This document shows positions 34,344 through 42,136 of a stretch of 43,265 nucleotides of DNA, in pieces (position 1 is the first letter of the stretch; every line of letters starts with the position of its first letter). Below the pieces are notes generated by a model, which saw only the letters and a list, made by a program, of their open reading frames with translations, was not told the origin of the DNA and searched no databases. The translations under genes and the position numbers were made by a program. The stretch is from Candidatus Woesearchaeota archaeon (lineage in GTDB: Archaea > Nanobdellota > Nanobdellia > Pacearchaeales > GW2011-AR1), in the NCBI GenBank assembly GCA_964372815.1, contig CAYJSG010000002.1:1-43265 (forward strand). Reading direction: 5' to 3'.

Positions 34344-36062
34344 CTAAGTATTATTTGGAAATAATCCATAAGCTCTGTAAAATATTTTTTGTTCAACCTG
34401 ATTTCTAGGATCTTTTATTTTAACATAATTACTCTCATCATTAAATAAGCCGTAATATCTAACAGAGTACGCAATACCACCGACAGCAATTGTACCAACA
34501 CCTTCAGAGGTTAAGTCAGCGCGATATATATTCCCATTTTCAAGATCACTAAATTCTACTTTATCATCACTTAACCCGCTACTATTAAATATAGCCCTAA
34601 CTCTGGCTATCCTTCCATTATAAACAGGATTTCCTATTACAACAATAGAATTCCTGAATGCTCTTTGTCTTCCTCTTGTCTGCGCCTCTACAGGAAAATC
34701 AGGCGAATCTTCTATTTCAATATATCTATCTTCCCAATCACTAATTGCAGAGCCATAATATCTCAAAGTATAAACTCTTCCAGCGATAGTTATAATTCCA
34801 CTTCCTTCAGATGTCAAAATCGCCCTGTATGATGCAGCTTTATCATAATAATCTACTAATTCCACTATATCGTCCACAATTCCAGCACTCTTATTAATTA
34901 TAAGCGATACGTTCAATATCTTGCCTCCAGCCACACTCTCCACGCACCTTCCATTCGTACACCCATTTAGACAAGTATAATTAACACTTCCAGGAGTTTT
35001 ATCACTATTACAAATCTGTTCAGCTAAGACATTCCCTGAACATTGGTCTATTTTAATATTTCCGCTACCACTACCACCACCAGCTCCAATGCAATTTGGC
35101 CCACTAGTAGCAACAACGCTGTAAGTCACATTAGCTCTTAAATTATAATTCAGCCCATTATCATAATCTATACAACTTCTACTTTCATTATAACATCCAA
35201 TTAAATTATATCCTGCGCTATTAGAGGTCCCCACACACCTCTCTCTAACCTGCCCTTTCTGATAACCAAAATCAGCGCAAGTTAGATTTGTTGTGCCAAC
35301 ATCATTTACACAAGCCCCATTCGTACACCCATTTGGACAATAAAACGATGTAGAATAACGAATAGTATTATCAACATTGCAACTATGTTCTCTCAAAGTA
35401 GTGCTATTATAGCAACTATCTACATACGTAAATATTCCTGTTCTATTAGTTACATCAACCCTCCCATTAATATTAAAGTTAAGCCCATTATCGCTATCAG
35501 TACAAATAGTAGGTAGACCACTATCAGGTTTACATACTCCATTCGCACATCCATTTGAGCAAGGTCTCGTAACATGGACTGCAACATTATTTTCACAATA
35601 TCCCTCTCTTACACTATCACCCCAACAATAATCTGGATATATTCCTGTACTGTTAGTTATATTCCCAAGAACATCAGGGAATATGCCCCCATCAGTATCA
35701 ACACATTCACTTACTGGCTGACTCAAAGGCTTTGGCGCAGGCCCTCCACTATAAAGCCAATTAGCAAGATACCTTGTATCAGTTACATCAATTCTATTAT
35801 CCCCATTTACATCAGCAGACTCATAATATCTTTGTTCATTACAAAATCCGCGACCATTTCTAAATAAGAATCTTGTAACATATTGTATATCAGCCTGATT
35901 AATTCTACAATCATTATTAGCATCGCCTCTTGTAGCTAAATTAGGGCAATCTCTACAAGTTCCAGGAGAAAATAACAAATTAGAAGAATTTTGTTCTATA
36001 ATAGCCAAAACAAAAGCTAAACTTATTACAACACCAACTATTAACCACACTCCTCTTTTCAT
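34344..36062 (-). CDS. Secreted dockerin-containing, Cys-rich repeat protein
   Basis: N-terminal anchor or signal. Two dockerin-type Ca loops (DANNDCRINQAD, DVNGDNRIDVTD). Three modules ending C.NGC.NG.C. Two C-terminal repeats of about 90 aa (LTSEGSGIITIAGRVYTLRYYG / LTSEGVGTIAVGGIAYSVRYYG). Confidence 0.75.
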   Translation of the reverse strand: MKRGVWLIVGVVISLAFVLAIIEQNSSNLLFSPGTCRDCPNLATRGDANNDCRINQADIQYVTRFLFRNGRGFCNEQRYYESADVNGDNRIDVTDTRYLANWLYSGGPAPKPLSQPVSECVDTDGGIFPDVLGNITNSTGIYPDYCWGDSVREGYCENNVAVHVTRPCSNGCANGVCKPDSGLPTICTDSDNGLNFNINGRVDVTNRTGIFTYVDSCYNSTTLREHSCNVDNTIRYSTSFYCPNGCTNGACVNDVGTTNLTCADFGYQKGQVRERCVGTSNSAGYNLIGCYNESRSCIDYDNGLNYNLRANVTYSVVATSGPNCIGAGGGSGSGNIKIDQCSGNVLAEQICNSDKTPGSVNYTCLNGCTNGRCVESVAGGKILNVSLIINKSAGIVDDIVELVDYYDKAASYRAILTSEGSGIITIAGRVYTLRYYGSAISDWEDRYIEIEDSPDFPVEAQTRGRQRAFRNSIVVIGNPVYNGRIARVRAIFNSSGLSDDKVEFSDLENGNIYRADLTSEGVGTIAVGGIAYSVRYYGLFNDESNYVKIKDPRNQVEQKIFYRAYGLFPNNT

Positions 36063-36076
36063 CACAAATAAAAGAA

Positions 36077-36598
36077 TCAGGGGTTTATAAATCTTTCTTC
36101 AGAATCTCTCTTAGATAAAATAGGCTCTTTAACAGGCCATTCAATTCCAAAAAAAGGATCATCCCAACGATAACTAAACTGTTTATTCTCAATATTATAA
36201 ACAGTTGATTGTTTATAATTATAAATAGCTTCTTCGCTTAAGATCAAAAAAGCATTGCCATAATCTGGAGGAGCTAAAATTTGTTTTCTTTCTTTTTCAC
36301 TTAAAATAATTTTTATCCATTTTCCAAAATCAGAAGAATTTTTATCACAATTCACAATAACCTGATAAATCTCTCCTTTTAAGCAGGAAATTAATTTCCA
36401 GTTTTTATCGTCTCCATGAATTCCCCTTAATACATTCTTCTTGCTGAAGATAACACTATCCTGCACAAATTTCAGGCCTTTAAATTTATCTCCAAAAACT
36501 TTTTCATCATATAGAGATAAATACTCTCCTCTATGATCTTCAAAAGGCTCTAATTCAATCAAATAAACGCCTTTTAAGTCTGTCTCACTAATTTTCAT
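36077..36598 (-). CDS. rmlC: RmlC-like cupin, NDP-4-keto-6-deoxy-sugar 3,5-epimerase family
   Basis: LKGVYLIELEPFEDHRGEY, VLRGIHGD, and KLISCLKGEIYQVIVNCD...FGKW. 173 aa. Confidence 0.8.
   Translation of the reverse strand: MKISETDLKGVYLIELEPFEDHRGEYLSLYDEKVFGDKFKGLKFVQDSVIFSKKNVLRGIHGDDKNWKLISCLKGEIYQVIVNCDKNSSDFGKWIKIILSEKERKQILAPPDYGNAFLILSEEAIYNYKQSTVYNIENKQFSYRWDDPFFGIEWPVKEPILSKRDSEERFINP
36084..36091 (-). promoter_or_regulatory. TATA-like box for CDS 34344..36062, embedded in the 3' end of the upstream CDS
   Basis: TTTATAAA, 22-29 nt upstream of the ATG at 36062. It lies inside CDS 36077..36598. Confidence 0.4.
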
Positions 36599-36620
36599 AA
36601 ATTAACTTAATAAAAAAGCT

Positions 36621-36630
36621 TTTTAATAAT
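36621..36630 (-). promoter_or_regulatory. TATA-like box for CDS 36077..36598
   Basis: Minus strand reads ATTATTAAAA, 23-32 nt upstream of the ATG at 36598. Confidence 0.4.
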
Positions 36631-36651
36631 TATGGAGATAACCTCATAAAA

Positions 36652-36661
36652 CTTTTTAAAT
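36652..36661 (+). promoter_or_regulatory. TATA-like box for CDS 36682..37311
   Basis: CTTTTTAAAT about 28 nt upstream of the ATG at 36682. No SD. Confidence 0.5.
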
Positions 36662-36681
36662 GCCCATAAACTACTACAAAA

Positions 36682-37311
36682 ATGGGCGACCCTAATTTAA
36701 AACAAGTATATGATGAAATGAGCTCTTATTTCGATGAAAAAAGAACAAAAAAATATTTTTTTCTTCTTTCCAATTATTTAAGAAAAATAATTCCTCCAAA
36801 ATCAAAAGTTTTAGAAATAGGCTCCGGAACAGGAGGTTATTGTATCTCGCTAGCAAGACGTGGTTGTATATGCAAAGGCCTTGATTATAGCGAAAAAATG
36901 GTGAAAGTTGCTAAAAATAATAATAAATTAGCAAAAACAACTTGTGTCTTTAAGATAGCAGATGTAGAAAAAAACATTCCATTTAAAGAAAAATTTGACT
37001 TTATAATCTCAATGGATAGCTGGGAATTTTTTCCAAATCCTAAAGCAGTTTTAAAAAATGTTAATAAATCATTAAAACAAAATGGTTTCTTTTTTATATT
37101 TACCCCAAATATGTTTTTTGCTCCGCCTATTATTATAGCAGAAAAATTAAAAATAAAGAAACTTTCTCCAGCCTATACATATTTTAATTCTTTCAAATAT
37201 AAAGTTAAAAGACTAGCCTCTCAAACAGGTTTTAAACTTATTAAGCACGATTACATTTTTAATTACATGACAATTATATTCTTTTTAAGAAAAAATGATA
37301 ATACAAATTGA
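36682..37311 (+). CDS. Class I SAM-dependent methyltransferase
   Basis: Motif I VLEIGSGTGGY. 209 aa. Confidence 0.8.
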   Translation: MGDPNLKQVYDEMSSYFDEKRTKKYFFLLSNYLRKIIPPKSKVLEIGSGTGGYCISLARRGCICKGLDYSEKMVKVAKNNNKLAKTTCVFKIADVEKNIPFKEKFDFIISMDSWEFFPNPKAVLKNVNKSLKQNGFFFIFTPNMFFAPPIIIAEKLKIKKLSPAYTYFNSFKYKVKRLASQTGFKLIKHDYIFNYMTIIFFLRKNDNTN

Positions 37312-38380
37312 GCCTTGGATTGGTGAAGAAGAGTTGAAAGAAGTAACAGAAGTAATTAAATCAACTTTTATTACAGAATCTAAAAAAACAGAAGAATTCG
37401 AGAATAATTTCAAAGAATTTACAGGAGCCAAACATGCATTAGCCTATTCTAGTGGCTCAACAGCTCTATTCGCTGCTCTGAAAATTTTAGAAATTGGACA
37501 AGGAGATGAAGTAATTGTCCCAGACTTAACATTTGTGGCAAGCTCAAATTCTATAATTTTATCAGGAGCAACACCAGTATTTGTAGATGTTGACAAACAA
37601 ACTTTTCAGATCTCTCCAGAAGAAATTGAAAAACATATTACAAAAAGAACAAAAGCAATAATGCCTGTTCATTTATATGGACAAAGCTGTGACATGGATT
37701 CAATTATGGAAATAGCAAAAAAACATAATCTACTTATTATCGAAGATGCAGCTCAAGGAGCCGGAGTAAAATTTAAAGGCAAACATGTCGGAACTTTTGG
37801 GGACGTTGGCTGTTTTTCATTGTACGGAAATAAAACTATTACAATGGGTGAAGGAGGAGTTATAGTTACAAATAATTCAGAATTAGCAAAAAAGTTCTAC
37901 ATGTTCAAGAATCACGGCAGGCCAAAAAGAGGAACTTTTTTTCATGAAGAGATAGGCTATAATTTCAGCATTACAGAAATGCAGGCTGCTATCGGCATAG
38001 CCCAATTATCAAAATTTGAAAAAATAAAAAAAAGAAAACAAGAGGTTAGAGATTATTATGAAAGAACTCTTTCAGATATCCCTGAAATAAAATTAACCTA
38101 TATTGATCCCAGATGCAGCCCTGTTCACTGGTTTACAAGCCTTATTGTTCCAGATGTAGAATCTCTCCAATCTTTCCTTATAAAACAAAATATCCAAACA
38201 AGAAGATTTTTTCCAGCATTGCATTTACAGCCTTGTTACAGAAATATAAAATTTCCTGAAACTTATCCCAATGCAGCCTACGCATTTGCTCACTGTCTTT
38301 CCCTGCCATCTTCAGCTCTAATAAAAGATGGGGAATTAGCAGAAGTAGTTAAAAATATAAGAGAATTTTACAAAAAATGA
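37295..38380 (+). CDS. DegT-family PLP sugar aminotransferase (perosamine-synthase-like)
   Basis: IEPWIGEEELKEV..., SSGSTALFAAL, VIVPDLTFVASSN, EDAAQGAG, and NFSITEMQAAIG. Confidence 0.88.
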   Translation: MIIQIEPWIGEEELKEVTEVIKSTFITESKKTEEFENNFKEFTGAKHALAYSSGSTALFAALKILEIGQGDEVIVPDLTFVASSNSIILSGATPVFVDVDKQTFQISPEEIEKHITKRTKAIMPVHLYGQSCDMDSIMEIAKKHNLLIIEDAAQGAGVKFKGKHVGTFGDVGCFSLYGNKTITMGEGGVIVTNNSELAKKFYMFKNHGRPKRGTFFHEEIGYNFSITEMQAAIGIAQLSKFEKIKKRKQEVRDYYERTLSDIPEIKLTYIDPRCSPVHWFTSLIVPDVESLQSFLIKQNIQTRRFFPALHLQPCYRNIKFPETYPNAAYAFAHCLSLPSSALIKDGELAEVVKNIREFYKK

Positions 38381-39090
38381 AAGTTTCAGTAATTTTAGCA
38401 ACATACAAAGAAAAAGATAATATAGTAAAGTTAGTCAACTCTTTATTGAAAGTATTAAAAAAGTCAAAACTAACTCCAGAAATAATAATTGTAGATGACA
38501 ATTCCCCTGATGGAACAGCTCAAGCTGTAAGAAAAGCATATGGAAAAAATAAAAACGTAAAACTAATTGTAAGGAAAAATGAGAAAGGCCTAGGCACAGC
38601 AGTAGGCAGAGGTGTAAAAGAAGCAACAGGAGATGTTGTAGTCTTCATGGACTCTGATTTCAGTCATGCTCCAGAAGAAATTCCTAAGATGGTTAAATTA
38701 ACAAAAGATTACGACATTGTTAATGGCTCCAGACATTTAAAAGGCGGCGGCATGCGCTCAACTGGTTTTAGAAAATTTGCTTCTAAGGCAGCACGACTTG
38801 CAGGAACTCTTTATATAGGATTTATTTTAGGTGTAAGACTTACTGATTATACTAATGGTTATTTTGTAGTAAAAAAATCTCTTTTGGATAAATTAACCAT
38901 AGAAAAAATATTCTATGGTTATGGGGATTATTACTTCAGATTATTTTACCATGCAAAAAAGAAAGGAGCGACAATAAAAGAAATACCTGTTTTTTACAAA
39001 TTTAGAGAAGAAGGAGAAAGCAAAACGAATTTCCTGAAACATGGTTTGCAATATGCAATTGCAGGGTTTAAACTTAGATTCAGTTTATAA
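38377..39090 (+). CDS. GT2 glycosyltransferase, polyprenyl-phosphate sugar synthase (Dpm1-like)
   Basis: VSVILATYKEKDNI, IIVDDNSPDGT and FMDSDFSH. 237 aa. ATGA overlap with the upstream gene. Confidence 0.82.
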   Translation: MKVSVILATYKEKDNIVKLVNSLLKVLKKSKLTPEIIIVDDNSPDGTAQAVRKAYGKNKNVKLIVRKNEKGLGTAVGRGVKEATGDVVVFMDSDFSHAPEEIPKMVKLTKDYDIVNGSRHLKGGGMRSTGFRKFASKAARLAGTLYIGFILGVRLTDYTNGYFVVKKSLLDKLTIEKIFYGYGDYYFRLFYHAKKKGATIKEIPVFYKFREEGESKTNFLKHGLQYAIAGFKLRFSL

Positions 39091-39744
39091 GAAGGGGATT
39101 TTCTTATATTCCAATAAAGAACTTAAGACAATATCTGCACCGGCAGACTTCAATTTATCCTCGTTGTAATAACCTGTTGCAACTCCAACTGTAAATGCAC
39201 TTATAAGTTTACCTGCTTCAATATCAAAAGGAGAGTCTCCAATAACTGTGATTCTATTTAGTTCATACCTCTTATCGCTAGCTTGTTTAATCGCATCTCT
39301 AAGAATTTCAACTCTTTTACTTGCATTATCACCGTAACTATAAATTGAGAAATAATCATACAATTCCCCTGCTTTTAGTAAAGCCTCGCCAACAGGTTTT
39401 GTATTTCCTGTTATTACACCAACAATAACCCTTTTTCTCAAATCATTTAAGCATTCTAATACACCAGGCATTACCCTAACATTATCTTCACTAATAATTT
39501 CTCTAATATTCCTTGCCCCTAATTCTGAAATTTTTTCTAATTGTGACTTATTATAATTTATTCTTAATTCTTCACATGCTCCTCTATGAATCTCTATTTC
39601 AGTCTTCCCAAATCTTTTTAACAAAGTTTCTTTAGGAATGTCTATATCAAAAACAGTTTTGTAGGCTTTTCCATAAGCGTCTAAATGCGCATTTGTAGCA
39701 TCAACAAGAGTTCCATCAACATCAAATAAGTAAAGATTTGTCAT
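39085..39744 (-). CDS. HAD-superfamily phosphatase (phosphoglycolate-phosphatase-like)
   Basis: Motif I LFDVDGTLVD, motif II VITGN, and motif III-IV GDSPFDIEAG. Confidence 0.82.
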   Translation of the reverse strand: MTNLYLFDVDGTLVDATNAHLDAYGKAYKTVFDIDIPKETLLKRFGKTEIEIHRGACEELRINYNKSQLEKISELGARNIREIISEDNVRVMPGVLECLNDLRKRVIVGVITGNTKPVGEALLKAGELYDYFSIYSYGDNASKRVEILRDAIKQASDKRYELNRITVIGDSPFDIEAGKLISAFTVGVATGYYNEDKLKSAGADIVLSSLLEYKKIPFL

Positions 39745-39764
39745 TCTTCTTAATTGACAAAACG

Positions 39765-39774
39765 ATTTAAAAAG
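39765..39774 (-). promoter_or_regulatory. TATA-like box for CDS 39085..39744
   Basis: Minus strand reads CTTTTTAAAT, 21-30 nt upstream of the ATG at 39744. Confidence 0.5.
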
Positions 39775-39814
39775 ATTTAGGTAATTAAAAAATAATGGAT
39801 TGTATCTTAATAAC

Positions 39815-39823
39815 CTTTAAATA
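39815..39823 (+). promoter_or_regulatory. TATA-like box for gmd
   Basis: CTTTAAATA about 29 nt upstream of the ATG at 39845. No SD. Confidence 0.5.
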
Positions 39824-39844
39824 CCATTTTCCCTGATTTTTAAA

Positions 39845-40891
39845 ATGAAAAGAGCTCTGATAACCGGCGTTACAGGACAAGACGGAGCATATTTATCAAA
39901 ATTCCTTTTAGAAAAAGGCTATGAAGTATACGGAACTTTTCGCAGAACATCAAATCCAAACTTCTGGCGATTACAATCATTAAACTGCCTCAACAAAATC
40001 CATCTAATTCCAGCTGATTTAAGCGATTCTTCATCTATCATCGAGGCTATAAAAATATCAGATCCTGATGAGATATATAATCTAGCTGCTCAAAGCTTTG
40101 TCGAGGCTAGTTTTCACCAACCACTAGCAACAGCAGATATTACCGGATTAGCTTTATTAAGGATATTAGAGAAGGTTAGACAAATAAAAGCTAATGCAAA
40201 GGTTTATCAGGCGTCTACCTCCGAATTATATGGCGACGGGAATACCAAACCACTGAATGAAGAGTCTAAATTTTCTCCTTCTTCTCCCTATGCCTCTGCA
40301 AAATTATTTGCTCATCATACCGCAAAGAATTATAGAAAAGCTTATGGAATTTTTGTTTGTAACGGAATATTATTCAATCATGAAAGTGAGTTACGCGGAT
40401 TAGAATTTGTAACGAGAAAAGTTAGCAACGCCGTGGCCAGGATTAAATTAGGATTACAGAAAGAATTGAAACTTGGAAATTTAGAAGCAAAAAGAGACTG
40501 GGGATATGCACCAGATTACGTAGCTAGTATGTGGTTAATGCTACAGCAAAACGAGCCAGATGATTATGTTATAGCAAGTGGAAAAGCGCATTCTGTTAAA
40601 GAATTTACTGAAAAAGCATTTGCTGTTCTTGGATTAGACTGGAAACAATATGTGAAAGTGGATGAAAGATTTATAAGATTAGAAGACGTGATGCATTTAG
40701 AAGGAGATTATTCAAAAGCAAAGCAAGTTTTAGGTTGGGAACCAAAAACAAAATTTGATGAATTAGTTAAAATAATGGTTGAGGAAGATTACAAAAAATG
40801 GAAAGCCTGGCTTGCAGGAGAGAGATTTTCATGGGATGCTCCTAATTTTACAGAAGATTTGCATATTATCACAAGAACAAAGAAATTCTAA
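39845..40891 (+). CDS. gmd: GDP-mannose 4,6-dehydratase
   Basis: ALITGVTGQDGAYLSKFLLEKGYEVYGTFRRTSNPNFWRL, YASAKL, and LFNHESELRG. 348 aa. Confidence 0.92.
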   Translation: MKRALITGVTGQDGAYLSKFLLEKGYEVYGTFRRTSNPNFWRLQSLNCLNKIHLIPADLSDSSSIIEAIKISDPDEIYNLAAQSFVEASFHQPLATADITGLALLRILEKVRQIKANAKVYQASTSELYGDGNTKPLNEESKFSPSSPYASAKLFAHHTAKNYRKAYGIFVCNGILFNHESELRGLEFVTRKVSNAVARIKLGLQKELKLGNLEAKRDWGYAPDYVASMWLMLQQNEPDDYVIASGKAHSVKEFTEKAFAVLGLDWKQYVKVDERFIRLEDVMHLEGDYSKAKQVLGWEPKTKFDELVKIMVEEDYKKWKAWLAGERFSWDAPNFTEDLHIITRTKKF

Positions 40892-40935
40892 ATTTCACTA
40901 TTACTACTATAAAAAATAACAAAATCTCAATAAAG

Positions 40936-40943
40936 TTTAAATA
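40936..40943 (+). promoter_or_regulatory. TATA-like box for CDS 40966..41853
   Basis: TTTAAATA 30 nt upstream of the ATG at 40966. No SD. Confidence 0.5.
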
Positions 40944-40965
40944 TGCATTATACGTTTTAAAAAAA

Positions 40966-41853
40966 ATGGATTATGAAGTAGAACATACACGAGAGAATAT
41001 TCCTATTCCTCTTAGTAGACATATAGTTGAAGAAAAGCTAGGTATGCGCTTTTTAGAAGGTATGTGTGCAGCAGACAAGACAGATCCTGATAATTCCAAG
41101 GGAATGAGAACAATAAAAGAATATATGGAAGAAGTTTTACTTCCCAGTATAAGAGAAGGGAAAATTGGAGATGGCATTAAATCAAAATGGGATGATAGGA
41201 AATTAAGATTCGATTCTGCAAAAATCTCTAGAGGAATACTAGAAATAAGATTAGGCTACACTCACTTTGGAGCAAATAAAGCAGATCTAACAAGAAGTCG
41301 GGATGATGCTCTAGCTTTACAAAGAATAGGAATAGAAAGATTCAACAATCGTTATGCATTTTTTGAAAGAGCACCAGGAGTAACTGTTATCCCAATAACA
41401 TCTCAAGGTTCGGTATATTTAGCTGAAAGAAAAGCTGTTGAGACAGGAGTTGGATTGCTTAATGGTGCAGCCGGATATATGGAATATAGAGAGAAAATTG
41501 AAGAAGTAAATCCAGAAAGCGAAGCCAGAAAAGAATTGCATGAAGAAATGGGAGTCTCACAGAATGATGTAATAGCTATGAAATTTGTTGGACTATATTC
41601 TAATCCAGGAACTGGAGAAGTAGATTTCACATATCTTGCCCCTATTAAATTATCAGATAAAGAACTTATGTCCGCATGGGACAGTGCAAAAGATAAAGTA
41701 GAAAGTGGAAGAAGAGTTCACCTTCCAGACTATACTTCTATTAGCATATTGTTAAACCAGGGAGTTATACAAGGAACAGACAAGAAATGGGCTCTTATGT
41801 ATGCAACAAAAGGTGGTCTTGCCAGTATAAGAGAAGAGGAGATGAATAATTAA
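40966..41853 (+). CDS. Nudix-like hydrolase with an N-terminal extension of about 150 aa of unknown function
   Basis: GAAGYMEYREKIEEVNPESEARKELHEEMGV contains a KELHEEMGV Nudix-box core after an extended loop. Confidence 0.65.
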   Translation: MDYEVEHTRENIPIPLSRHIVEEKLGMRFLEGMCAADKTDPDNSKGMRTIKEYMEEVLLPSIREGKIGDGIKSKWDDRKLRFDSAKISRGILEIRLGYTHFGANKADLTRSRDDALALQRIGIERFNNRYAFFERAPGVTVIPITSQGSVYLAERKAVETGVGLLNGAAGYMEYREKIEEVNPESEARKELHEEMGVSQNDVIAMKFVGLYSNPGTGEVDFTYLAPIKLSDKELMSAWDSAKDKVESGRRVHLPDYTSISILLNQGVIQGTDKKWALMYATKGGLASIREEEMNN

Positions 41854-41857
41854 TTAG

Positions 41858-42136
41858 ATGTTACTCCTAAAAATCCTCGGTTTAATAGACCTTGTTTCAG
41901 GAATAGCATTTCTAATGCTATTGTTCGGCATGCCGATATTTACTTATTTCCTTCTGTTCTGCGCTTTTCTCCTTTTAGTAAAGGGCTTATTTGTTCTAGG
42001 AGGAGATGTTTTAAGCATAATAGATTTATTCTCCGCAATTCTTTTATTTATTTCTCTGTTATTTGCCCTTCCTACTTTTCTCCTTTGGATTGCTTGTTTA
42101 TTGCTATTTGCTAAAGGCTTTGTTAGCTTCTTCTAA
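41858..42136 (+). CDS. Small three-TM membrane protein
   Basis: 92 aa, almost entirely hydrophobic helices. Lies 4 nt after the Nudix gene stop. Confidence 0.5.
   Translation: MLLLKILGLIDLVSGIAFLMLLFGMPIFTYFLLFCAFLLLVKGLFVLGGDVLSIIDLFSAILLFISLLFALPTFLLWIACLLLFAKGFVSFF

Noticed and set aside
1282-41630. Short antisense or shadow ORFs in the track: 1282-1476, 2078-2272, 4398-4583, 6845-7027, 7106-7300, 8872-9168, 14792-15037, 15050-15241, 15275-15520, 17788-18006, 17979-18167, 18922-19125, 21907-22125, 22073-22270, 23445-23693, 23584-23781, 24405-24611, 31048-31299, 33116-33352, 35574-35867, 38435-38626, 40971-41177, 41403-41630
   Set aside because: Each lies inside, and opposite to, a longer ORF with clear family motifs. 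Their translations are low-complexity, as expected for antisense frames of AT-rich genes.
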